From an uncultured Planctomycetaceae bacterium (GTDB lineage: Bacteria; Planctomycetota; Planctomycetia; Gemmatales; Gemmataceae): a DNA stretch of 64,000 nt. This document shows, one piece after another, positions 37,462 through 46,194 of this stretch. The notes beneath the pieces are model-generated. The model saw only the letters and a program-made list of their open reading frames with translations, did not search any database and was not told the DNA's origin. The stretch spans positions 2,275 to 66,274 of the forward strand of contig CAWFBG010000025.1 in assembly GCA_963813925.1 (NCBI GenBank), given 5' to 3'. Numbering within the stretch: the first letter of the stretch is position 1; every line of letters begins with the position of its first letter. The translations under genes were made by a program, and so were the position numbers.

Positions 37462-39126
37462 ATGTTCCGGACCATCAAACAGCACGGCAGACCTCAAATA
37501 TCGTTCGACGCCGTGGGAGGCGCCGTTCGGACGGCCGGGGACGGCGCCCGCGACCCGAAATGCTATCCCTTTCTGTTGCCCCCCGTCGAGCCGGACGAGA
37601 TCGGCCGACTCGGCAACTATCGCGTCCTTCGCCTCCTCGGCCAGGGCGGCATGGGCTACGTGTTTCAGGCGGAAGACGTCTCCCTGCGCCGCTCGGTCGC
37701 CCTCAAGGTCATGAAGCCCGATCAGGCCCCGGACGACGCCGGTTGGGATCGGTTTCTCCGCGAAGCCCGGCTCATGGCCTCCATCAAGCACGACCACGTC
37801 GTCACGGTCTTCCAGGTGGGCCAGGAGGGCGCGTCCCCTATCTGGCCATGGAATTGCTGCACGGAAGGTCCCTCGAAGACTGGACAAGGCAGGCCCCGAA
37901 AATCGGCGGCCCGGCCGTGGTCCGGCTGGGCCGACAAATCGCCGACGGGCTGGCGGTCATTCACGGCAGCGGCCTCATTCACCGCGACCTCAAGCCGGCC
38001 AACATCTGGCTGGAGGCGCCCAAGGCGCGGGTCAAGATCCTCGATTTCGGGCTGGCCCGCTTCACCGAAGACGACTCCCACCTGACCCAGACGGGAATGA
38101 TCGTCGGCACGCCGTCGTACATGTCGCCGGAACAGGCGCGGGGAGAAATGCTCGACGCCCGCAGCGACCTGTTCAGCCTGGGTTGCGTGCTGTACGAGTT
38201 GTGCTGCGGCGCCCGCCCGTTCCAGGCGCCGACCACCATGGCCGTGCTGACCGCGTTGGCCGTGAGCAACCCGAAACCCGTCCGCGAAGTCCGGCCGACT
38301 GTCCCCGAAGAGTTGTCGGACCTCGTTATGCAACTTCTGGCGAAAGACCCCGCCGAACGGCCCGCCTCGGCCGAGGCCGTCGTCGCCCGGCTGCAAAAGA
38401 TCGAGGGCCGGCTGAACGCCCGCCCCGCCGCCCGCGCCCCGTCGCAACTCCTGGCGCAGGCGCCCGCGTCCTGTCCGGCCACGCACCGGGAACGGCCTGC
38501 CAGGGCGAAGGCGCCCACGCGATCCAGGAAGGCAAAGGCGCGAACGGCCCGGCGCCGACGCGCGAATACGCTTCTCGCAGTGGGTCTGCCCGCGGCCGCG
38601 CTGGTCGCCGTCCTGGTGATCGGCCTGACGTTCCTTTTCTCGTCCGGTCCAGGCCGCTCGCCGGCGGCCGTCCCGCCGGCGAAGGCGTTTCTGAGCGACC
38701 TAACGCTGGTCAACGACAACAATCCCAACAAGGCGCCGCCCGCGCCTCCCGGCGAGCCGGCGCCCCCTTCTTTGCCGGAGTGAAGGTCCACGAAATGCTT
38801 TCGCCGCACGGCATTTTCATGCACCCGCCCATGCGGCCGGAAGGCGGCGCGGCCAGTATGAGTTACCACCTCGGCGGGAAATACGCGAACTTCAGCGCCG
38901 AAACGTCCCTCAACGACGGGCCGCCCGAAAGCGAAACGCCGTTGACGTTTTCGGTCGTGGGCGACGGCCGGGTGCTGTGGCGGTCTCACCCCATCCGCCG
39001 ACAGGCCGAGGCCGAGCGCTGCATCGTTTCGGTGAAGGGCGTGGACGTGGTGACGATTGAGGTGAATTGTCCGGGCGACCCGCCGGCGCCCATGCGGTTT
39101 GGATCGAGCCGGAAGTGGCGCCGTGA
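37462..39126 (+). CDS. Ser/Thr protein kinase with TM helix and C-terminal NPCBM-like domain; three -1 frame breaks (~37828, ~38765, ~39085)
   Basis: 'LGQGGMGYVFQAED...ALKVM', 'HRDLKPANIWL', 'ILDFGLAR', 'GTPSYMSPEQ'; TM 'LLAVGLPAAALVAVLVIGLTF'; then 'SPHGIFMHPP...SYHLGGKYANFSAETSLNDG...LTFSVVGDGRVLWRS...GAHAVWIEPEV'. Confidence 0.8.
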
Positions 39127-39212
39127 GTCGGCGCCCTCTTCTTCCGGCCGACACGGCGTCAAATTACACGAAAAGTGTTGTCTTCAAACTCCACATTCGT
39201 CTCCCGCGAGTA

Positions 39213-40235
39213 TCACCACCGCACCAGCGCCGTCCCCCAGGCCAGCCCGGCGCCGAAGCCGCTCAGCACGGCCAGACGCCCCGGGTGCACGCGACCCTCC
39301 GCCACCGCCTCGTCCAGCGCCAGCGGCACCGAACCGGCCGACGTGTTGCCGTAGCGCTCCAGGTTGTTGTAAACCTTGCCGCGCGGGATGTGCAAAACGT
39401 CCACGGCGGCGTTGATGATGCGGATGTTGGCCTGATGAGGAATATACAGATCGACATCCTCCGGTTTGAGGCCGGCGGCGTCGAGCACGTCCTGGATGGT
39501 GTCGCAGAGGATGGCCACGGCCCAGCGGAACACGGCCCGTCCGTCCATGTGCATGTAGTGCATCCCGTTGGCCAGCAGCTCCGGCGTCGGCGGCATCCGG
39601 CTGCCGCCGGTCGGCCGGCTCAGCAGGTCGCCGCCGCCGCCGTCCGCCCCGAGGCTGAAACTCACCAGCCCCTGGTCCGGCCGGCCGTGCGTCAACAGCA
39701 CCGCCCCGGCCCCGTCGCCGAATAACGGATAGGTTTTGATGTCATTGGGGTTCAGCACGCGCGAGTTGCAGTCGCCGCCGATGACCAGCGCCAGGTCGCT
39801 GGCCCCGGAGACGACGTAGGCCGCCCCGGTGATGAGGGCGTACATGAAGCCGGCGCAGGCCGCCTCCACTTCGATGGCCGCGGCGCTCAGCCGTAATCGG
39901 TCCTGCACCAGGCAGGCCGTCGAGGGGAACGACATGTCCGGCGTGAAGGTGGCCAGCACCACCAGGTCGATGTCGGCGGGCTTGACGCCGGCGTTGTCGA
40001 TGGCGCGGACGGCGGCCTCGTGGCACAGGTCGCTGGTGGCCTGATGCGGCAGGGCGTGGCGCCGTTCCAGGATGCCGGTGCGTTTGACGATCCAGTCGGA
40101 ATCGAAGCCGAAACGCTCGTGCAGGTGTTCGTTGGAAACGACGGCGTCGGGGACGTAACTGCCGGTGCCGAGGATGCGGACGCCCATCAGGCTGCGGCAG
40201 CGCGGGCGAGGCAGAGGCGTGCGTTCTTCGTTCAT
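39213..40235 (-). CDS. fabH: 3-oxoacyl-ACP synthase III (KAS III)
   Basis: 'ILGTGSYVPDAVVSN...DWIVKRTGILERR', active-site 'EAACAGFMYAL', 'HQANIRII', 'GNTSAGSVPLAL'. An alternative start is the ATG at 40187. Confidence 0.9.
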   Translation of the reverse strand: MNEERTPLPRPRCRSLMGVRILGTGSYVPDAVVSNEHLHERFGFDSDWIVKRTGILERRHALPHQATSDLCHEAAVRAIDNAGVKPADIDLVVLATFTPDMSFPSTACLVQDRLRLSAAAIEVEAACAGFMYALITGAAYVVSGASDLALVIGGDCNSRVLNPNDIKTYPLFGDGAGAVLLTHGRPDQGLVSFSLGADGGGGDLLSRPTGGSRMPPTPELLANGMHYMHMDGRAVFRWAVAILCDTIQDVLDAAGLKPEDVDLYIPHQANIRIINAAVDVLHIPRGKVYNNLERYGNTSAGSVPLALDEAVAEGRVHPGRLAVLSGFGAGLAWGTALVRW

Positions 40236-40457
40236 GGAATCGAACCGCCTGCCCGGAGGAGCCGGCCGCGCAACCGGATGGTCGGGGAGGCAACGCGACC
40301 GATCCACGATCGCCGCCCCTCTCGATACTTTACCCGAGGCCGGCGGATTTGGCCACGTCAACGACGGGGCCTGGTCTGCCGGCGATTGCCTCATCGGAAG
40401 GCGCATACAATGTCCATCGTCGTCGCTCCCGGACAGCCGTGCGGAGGCCGACCTCGC

Positions 40458-41429
40458 ATGACTTTGCTCTACACCGACCCACTCTTTCTGCGTCACGACA
40501 CGGGGCCGCACCACCCCGAGCGTCCCGACCGGTTGCGCGCGGTCACGGCCCGCCTGGCGAAGTCGGGCGTTGCCGGACTCTGCGTCCAGGGCGATTACCA
40601 ACCGCTGTCCGCGGAGGAAGTGACGGCGGTGCATGAGCCGGGCCAGGTGTGGCAGGTGCGTCGCGCAGCTGAAACGGAGGGCGGCTATCTCGACCGCGAC
40701 ACCCCCGTAAGCCCCGAATCGTACACGGTCGCGCTGGCGGCGGCCGGCGCCTGCGCCTCCGCGGTGGACGCCGTGATTCGGGGCACGGGGCGCAACGCCC
40801 TCTGCCTGGTGCGTCCGCCCGGCCACCACGCCACGCCGACGACGAGCATGGGCTTTTGCCTCTTCAACAACGTCGCCCTGGCCGCGCAACGCGCCCGCAC
40901 CGCCCACGGCCTGACGCGCCTGCTGATCGTCGATTGGGACGTGCATCACGGAAACGGCACGCAGGATATTTATTACTCCGACCCGGAAGTGCAATTCCTC
41001 AGCGTCCACCGCTACCCCTTCTACCCCGGCACCGGCGCCGCCGACGAGACGGGGACCGGCCCCGGCCTCGGCCGCACGCTCAACGTGCCGCTGCGCTACG
41101 GCATTTCGCGCAAGGATTACCGCGCCGCCTTCACGGCCGCGCTGGAGAAGGCGGCCGACGCCATTCGGCCGGAGTTGGTGCTGGTCAGCGCCGGCTTCGA
41201 CGCCCACGCCGCCGACCCGATCGGCTCGCTCGGGCTGGAAGTCGAGGATTTTGCGGAGATGACAAAGCTGGTTCTAGACGTGGCGCGGACGCACGCCGGC
41301 GGGCGGCTGGTGAGCTGCCTGGAAGGGGGCTACGATCTCGAGGCGCTGGCGTCGTCGGTGCAGGCGCATCTGGAGGAGTTGCTGGGCGCAAAAGTGGCGG
41401 TCTCCGAGCCATCGGGGCCGCGGCGGTGA
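40458..41429 (+). CDS. Histone deacetylase-family (acetoin utilisation / deacetylase) protein
   Basis: 'HPERPDRL', 'RPPGHHA', 'GFCLFNNVA', 'IVDWDVHHGNGTQ', 'SAGFDAHAADP', 'LEGGY'. Confidence 0.9.
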   Translation: MTLLYTDPLFLRHDTGPHHPERPDRLRAVTARLAKSGVAGLCVQGDYQPLSAEEVTAVHEPGQVWQVRRAAETEGGYLDRDTPVSPESYTVALAAAGACASAVDAVIRGTGRNALCLVRPPGHHATPTTSMGFCLFNNVALAAQRARTAHGLTRLLIVDWDVHHGNGTQDIYYSDPEVQFLSVHRYPFYPGTGAADETGTGPGLGRTLNVPLRYGISRKDYRAAFTAALEKAADAIRPELVLVSAGFDAHAADPIGSLGLEVEDFAEMTKLVLDVARTHAGGRLVSCLEGGYDLEALASSVQAHLEELLGAKVAVSEPSGPRR

Positions 41430-41572
41430 CGCGGCGCGGAATAACCGCCGCGTGAAGAATCGGCGAATTATGGCGCCGGGCGCCTGGCAGGGGACGGCGA
41501 TAAAGGGTAGGCCGAATAAAACGAGAGTCGGCTCGGCTAGCAAACCACTTCACAAAGTCAGAGGCTCTCGCC

Positions 41573-44059
41573 ATGAGCGACGATCGCGCGACGGCCGCCG
41601 TGGACCCCGTGACGGAGCGGCGTCTGGAACGGCTGGGCTTCTCCGGCAACGACAGCGACTGGACGGAGCGTTACCTCCTCTGCGACCAGCTTGTGGACCC
41701 CAAAATGGCCCGGCCGCGACAGCGCTTCGAGGCGATGGCCCGGTCGATCCGCGACCTGCTGGCCCATCGCTGGGTCAAGACGCGCCAGTCGCGCGAGCGG
41801 GACAACCCCAAGCGCGTTTACTACCTGTCGATGGAGTTCCTCATCGGGCGGACGCTGGTCAACAACGTCACGAACCTGATGGTCGAGCCGGCAATGCAGC
41901 AGGCCCTGCGGCGCGAAGAGCTGGACTTCCAGCAGCTGGCCGACCTGGAGCCGGACGCCGGCCTCGGCAACGGCGGCCTCGGCCGGCTGGCGGCCTGCTT
42001 CATCGACTCGATCGCCACCCTGCAACTGTCCGGGATGGGCTACGGCCTTCGCTACGAATACGGCATCTTCCGCCAGCTCATTCGCAACGGCTGGCAGGTG
42101 GAACAGCCGGACCACTGGCTGCGCCGGCCCGACCCCTGGGAGGTCGCTCGCCCGGGCAAGACCATCAAGGTGCCGATCAACGCCACCATTCAGATGCAGG
42201 GCGGCCGACTTCAACTCATCCCGAACAAGCCGAGCAACCTGCTCGGCATGGCCTTCGACCGGCCGGTGGTCGGCTACGGCGGCCAGTGCATCAACACGCT
42301 GCGCCTTTGGGCCGCGACCGCCCCGGACGCCTTCGACTTCGCCGAGTTCTCCTCCGGCGACTTCATCGGCGCCGTGTTGCACGGCATCGAGGCGGAGTCG
42401 CTGACCCGCGTCCTCTACCCCGACGACTCCACCGACGCCGGCCGCAAGCTGCGCTTCCTGCAAGAGTATTTCCTCGTCTGCTGCTCGCTCAACGACATCG
42501 TCTCCCGCTTCCGCAAGTCCGGCAACGCGGACTGGCAAGCTCTTCCCGACAAGGTCGCCGTCCAGATGAACGACACCCACCCGGCGATGGCCGTGGCCGA
42601 GTTAATGCGCATCCTCATCGACCAGGCCGCGCTCGGCTGGGAGGAGGCGTGGGACCTGACTGTGCGGACGCTAGCCTACACGAACCACACGCTGCTGCCT
42701 GAAGCCCTCGAACGGTGGCCGGTCGAGTGGTTCGAGGAGCTGCTGCCGCGGCATTTGCACATCGTCTACGAAATCAACCGCCGGTTCCTCGAAGACGTTC
42801 ACAAGCTCTACCCAGGCGACGACGGCCGGGCGGCCCGCATGAGCCTGATCGAGGAGGGGCCGCAACGCAAGGTGCGCATGGCCCACCTGGCCATCGTCGG
42901 CTCGCACAGCACCAACGGCGTGGCCGAGATCCACACCGACTTGCTGAAAAAGACCGTCGTGCCCGACTTCGCCGACATGTTCCCGGAGCGCTTCAGCAAC
43001 AAGACCAATGGAGTCACGCCGAGGCGCTGGCTGCTGGAGGCCAACCCGCCGCTCGCCCGGCTCATCACCGAGGCCGTCGGCGACGGCTGGGTGACCGACC
43101 TGGGCCGTCTCCGCAAGCTTCTCCCGTTGGCCGAAGACCGGGGCTTCCGCGAGAAGTTCCGAACGGCCAAGCGGGAGGCCAAAACGCGCTTTCTCCTCTG
43201 GCTGAAGTCCGCGACCGGGTACGTCGTCGATCCCGATTCGATCTTTGACACCCACATCAAGCGCGTCCACGAGTACAAGCGCCAGCTGCTCAACATCCTG
43301 CAAGTGGTCATCCTCTACAACCGCCTGCGCGGCAACCCGAAGTCCGACGCCCCGCCGCGGACCTTCTTCTTCGGCGGCAAGGCGGCCCCGGCCTACCACC
43401 TGGCCAAGCTCATCATCAAGTTCATCAACAACGTCGCGGCGGTGATCGACGCCGACCCGGCGGCGCGCGGGCGGCTGAAGGTTCTGTTCCTCCCCGACTA
43501 CAATGTTTCCCTGGCCGAGCGTCTGATCCCGGCCAGCGACGTGTCGGAGCAGATTTCCACGGCCGGCTACGAGGCCAGCGGGACGAGCAACATGAAGTTC
43601 ATGATGAACGGCGCCCTGACGGTCGGCACCCGCGATGGGGCGACCATCGAGATGGCCCAGGAGGCCGGCGAAGAAAACTTCTTCCTCTTCGGCCTGACGG
43701 CCGAGCAGGTGATCAACAGCAAGAGCTGGTACAACCCCCATTGGCACTACGAGAACGAGGCGGAGACGCGGCAGGTCCTGGACCAGATCGCCTCGGACCA
43801 TTTCAGCGCCGGAGAGCCGGGCGTGTTCCGCCCCATCTGGGACGCGCTGCTGACCAACGGCGATCACTACATGCACCTGGCCGACCTGACCTCTTACAAG
43901 GAGACTCAGGCCCGGGTCGGGGCCTTGTACACGGACCCCGACGCCTGGGCGCGCAAGGCGATCCTCAATGTGGCCTGCTCCGGCAAGTTCTCCAGCGACC
44001 GGACCATCGCTGAGTACGCGGCCCGCATCTGGAACACCGAACCGTGCCCGGTGACGTAG
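41573..44059 (+). CDS. glgP: Glycogen/maltodextrin phosphorylase (GT35)
   Basis: 828-aa intact ORF. 'YYLSMEFLIGR', 'EPDAGLGNGGLGRLAACF', PLP site 'EQISTAGYEASGTSNMKFMMNGALTVGTRDGA'. Confidence 0.95.
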   Translation: MSDDRATAAVDPVTERRLERLGFSGNDSDWTERYLLCDQLVDPKMARPRQRFEAMARSIRDLLAHRWVKTRQSRERDNPKRVYYLSMEFLIGRTLVNNVTNLMVEPAMQQALRREELDFQQLADLEPDAGLGNGGLGRLAACFIDSIATLQLSGMGYGLRYEYGIFRQLIRNGWQVEQPDHWLRRPDPWEVARPGKTIKVPINATIQMQGGRLQLIPNKPSNLLGMAFDRPVVGYGGQCINTLRLWAATAPDAFDFAEFSSGDFIGAVLHGIEAESLTRVLYPDDSTDAGRKLRFLQEYFLVCCSLNDIVSRFRKSGNADWQALPDKVAVQMNDTHPAMAVAELMRILIDQAALGWEEAWDLTVRTLAYTNHTLLPEALERWPVEWFEELLPRHLHIVYEINRRFLEDVHKLYPGDDGRAARMSLIEEGPQRKVRMAHLAIVGSHSTNGVAEIHTDLLKKTVVPDFADMFPERFSNKTNGVTPRRWLLEANPPLARLITEAVGDGWVTDLGRLRKLLPLAEDRGFREKFRTAKREAKTRFLLWLKSATGYVVDPDSIFDTHIKRVHEYKRQLLNILQVVILYNRLRGNPKSDAPPRTFFFGGKAAPAYHLAKLIIKFINNVAAVIDADPAARGRLKVLFLPDYNVSLAERLIPASDVSEQISTAGYEASGTSNMKFMMNGALTVGTRDGATIEMAQEAGEENFFLFGLTAEQVINSKSWYNPHWHYENEAETRQVLDQIASDHFSAGEPGVFRPIWDALLTNGDHYMHLADLTSYKETQARVGALYTDPDAWARKAILNVACSGKFSSDRTIAEYAARIWNTEPCPVT

Positions 44060-44085
44060 GCGACGGGCGCGGGAGCGGGGCGACG

Positions 44086-44442
44086 GCGGTTCTGGCGCTC
44101 TCGGCCAACACCAGCTTCGTCGATTTTCCGCGCCTCTGCCGGCTCATCGCCCACGACGATTTTCTGCCGCGGCCCTTAACGGTCCTCGGCCGTCGGCTGG
44201 TTTATGCCGTCGGCATCTTTTTCTTGACGGTAACCGCCGCCCTGCTGCTGATCGGCTTTGGCGGCGTCACGGATCGCCTAATTCCCCTGTTCGCCGTCGG
44301 CGCCTTCCTGGCCTTCACGCTTTCCCAGATTGGCATGGTCGTTCACTGGCGGACCAAACGGGTGGAAGCCCAGCGCGCCGCGGACGCCCGGGGAACAGGC
44401 GCCGCCGCCCACGGAAGCCCCTGGCTCGCATTCAGACGGTAG
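44086..44442 (+). pseudogene. Internal fragment of an APC-family amino-acid permease (gene remnant)
   Basis: Only ~110 aa look homologous ('LSANTSFVDFPRLCRLIAHDDFLPR...GGVTDRLIPLFAVGAFLAFTLSQIGMVVHW'). The several upstream TM helices are absent, and the fragment abuts the glgP stop. Confidence 0.6.
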
Positions 44443-44451
44443 TCAAGGAAG

Positions 44452-44476
44452 GGGCCCCGCCACCCGAGCGGGGCCC
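44452..44476. terminator. Short GC hairpin between the permease remnant and the convergent MFS pump gene
   Basis: GGGCCCCGC (44452-44460), loop CACCCGA, GCGGGGCCC (44468-44476). Confidence 0.4.
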
Positions 44477-44502
44477 GTTCTTGCGCCTTGCGAAACCCTT
44501 TC

Positions 44503-46113
44503 TTACTCCGCCCCGATGTGCTCGCCCTTCTCGGCCACCGAGCGCTTCATCAGCAGCACCAGGACGACGAGCGCCGCCGCCACGACGCCGGTGACCCAGA
44601 AGACGTCGAAGTAGGCTAGCGCCGCGCCCTGCTGCTGGCGGAGGTTGTCCAGCCCCTGCACGGCCATCTGCTGGGAGGCGGCCATGTCGCCGGTCTGCTG
44701 GAACAGGTACTGCCGGGCCTGGTCCATGAAGTTCGTCACGTGCGGGTTGAACGGGTGGAGGTGCTCTCCCAGCCGCGCGAGGTGGAACTGCTCGCGCCGC
44801 TCCTGGATCGTCGAGGCCAGCGACGTGCCGACGCTGCCCCCCTCGGTGCGGAGCAGCGAGCACAGCCCGACCGCCGCCCCTTGCAGGTGCGGAGGGATGT
44901 ACTTGTAGGCCGCCACGCTGATCGGCGAGAAGAGGAGCCCCAGGCCGAGGGTCAGCAGCATCCGCGGCAGGATCACCTCCAAGGGGCTGATCTGCAGGTT
45001 CATCTGCGACATCCACCAGCCGGCCGCGGCCATCGCGACCAGGCCGATGGCGACCATCCAGCGGGCGTCGGCCCCCCGGCCCATCAGGACGCCGACGAGG
45101 ACCATCGCGGCCAGCGAGGAGACCCCCGACGGGGACATCACCAGCCCGGAGCGGAGGGCGTCGTAGCCGAACAGCGACTGGAGCATCCCCGGCAGCGCGA
45201 TGCTGGCGCCGTACAGCGCGGCGAAGGCGAAGAACAGGATCACGCAGGACACGGACAGGTTGCGGTCCTTGAGCACCCGGAAGTTGATGATCGGGTTCTT
45301 GCTCCGCATCTCCCAGAAGATCAGGAAGCCCAGCCCCAGCACGAACGCCAGGACGAGCGTCTGCACCCGCCCGAACGGGTCGCCCAGCCAGTCCCACTCC
45401 TGCCCCTTGCTGAGCATGATCTCCCAGGCGGACATGACCAGCGCCAGCACCCCCAGGCCGATGAGGTCGAAGTTCAGCGGGCGGCGCTGCAGCTCGGCCC
45501 GTTCTTTCTGGATATATTCCGGGTCCTTCACGGCGAAATAAGCCGCGACCAGAGAGAACCCGCCGATCGGGACGTTGACGAGGAAGATCCACCGCCAGTT
45601 GTAATCGACGCAGAGCCAGCCGCCCAGCGTCGGGCCGACGATGGGCGCGATGATGGCGGCGACCCCGAACAGCGTCATGGCCGTGCCCTGCTTCTCGGGC
45701 GGGAAGGCGTCCATCAGGGACCCCTGACTGCACGGCTGGAGCCCGCCGCCGGCCAGCCCCTGGATCACCCGGAACAGGATCATCTGCCACAAGGCGGTCG
45801 CCAGGCCGCACAGCGCCGAGGCGAGGGTGAAGACGGCGATCGACAGCAGGAAGTAGTTGCGGCGGCCGAGCCGGGCCGACAGCCAGCCGGTGATCGGCAG
45901 GACGATGGCGTTGGCGGCCAGGTAGGCGGTGATGACCCAGTCGGCGTCGGTGACGGCCGCCGACAGGCCGCCGGCGATGTACCGCAGGGCCACGTTCGCG
46001 ACCGTGGTGTCCAGGATCTCCATGAACGTGGGTACGACGACGATTATGGCGACGACCCACGGGTTGATCACCCACCGTCCGACGGCGGAGGGGCTAAGCG
46101 TCGCACTGCTCAT
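44503..46113 (-). CDS. DHA2-family MFS drug efflux transporter (EmrB/QacA type, 14 TM)
   Basis: 536 aa. 'EILDTTVANVALRYIAGGL', 'LSARLGRRNYFLLSIAVFTLASALCG' and many TM helices. RBS GGAGG lies 8 nt upstream of the start. Confidence 0.9.
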   Translation of the reverse strand: MSSATLSPSAVGRWVINPWVVAIIVVVPTFMEILDTTVANVALRYIAGGLSAAVTDADWVITAYLAANAIVLPITGWLSARLGRRNYFLLSIAVFTLASALCGLATALWQMILFRVIQGLAGGGLQPCSQGSLMDAFPPEKQGTAMTLFGVAAIIAPIVGPTLGGWLCVDYNWRWIFLVNVPIGGFSLVAAYFAVKDPEYIQKERAELQRRPLNFDLIGLGVLALVMSAWEIMLSKGQEWDWLGDPFGRVQTLVLAFVLGLGFLIFWEMRSKNPIINFRVLKDRNLSVSCVILFFAFAALYGASIALPGMLQSLFGYDALRSGLVMSPSGVSSLAAMVLVGVLMGRGADARWMVAIGLVAMAAAGWWMSQMNLQISPLEVILPRMLLTLGLGLLFSPISVAAYKYIPPHLQGAAVGLCSLLRTEGGSVGTSLASTIQERREQFHLARLGEHLHPFNPHVTNFMDQARQYLFQQTGDMAASQQMAVQGLDNLRQQQGAALAYFDVFWVTGVVAAALVVLVLLMKRSVAEKGEHIGAE

Positions 46114-46128
46114 GAGTCGTTCCTCCGG

Positions 46129-46181
46129 CCCCTCACCCCCAACCCCTCTCCCCTCGGGGGAGAGGGGTTGGGGGTGAGGGG
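46129..46181. repeat. Perfect 25-bp G/C-tract hairpin in the 81-nt spacer between the HlyD-family and MFS genes
   Basis: CCCCTCACCCCCAACCCCTCTCCCC (46129-46153), loop TCG, GGGGAGAGGGGTTGGGGGTGAGGGG (46157-46181). Confidence 0.9.
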
Positions 46182-46194
46182 GATTGGTTTCGGG

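Noticed and set aside
40236-40260. GGCGGTTCGATTCC (minus strand), which resembles a tRNA T-loop.
   Set aside because: The flanking bases cannot form a T-stem or an acceptor stem. The site sits at the 5' end of fabH.
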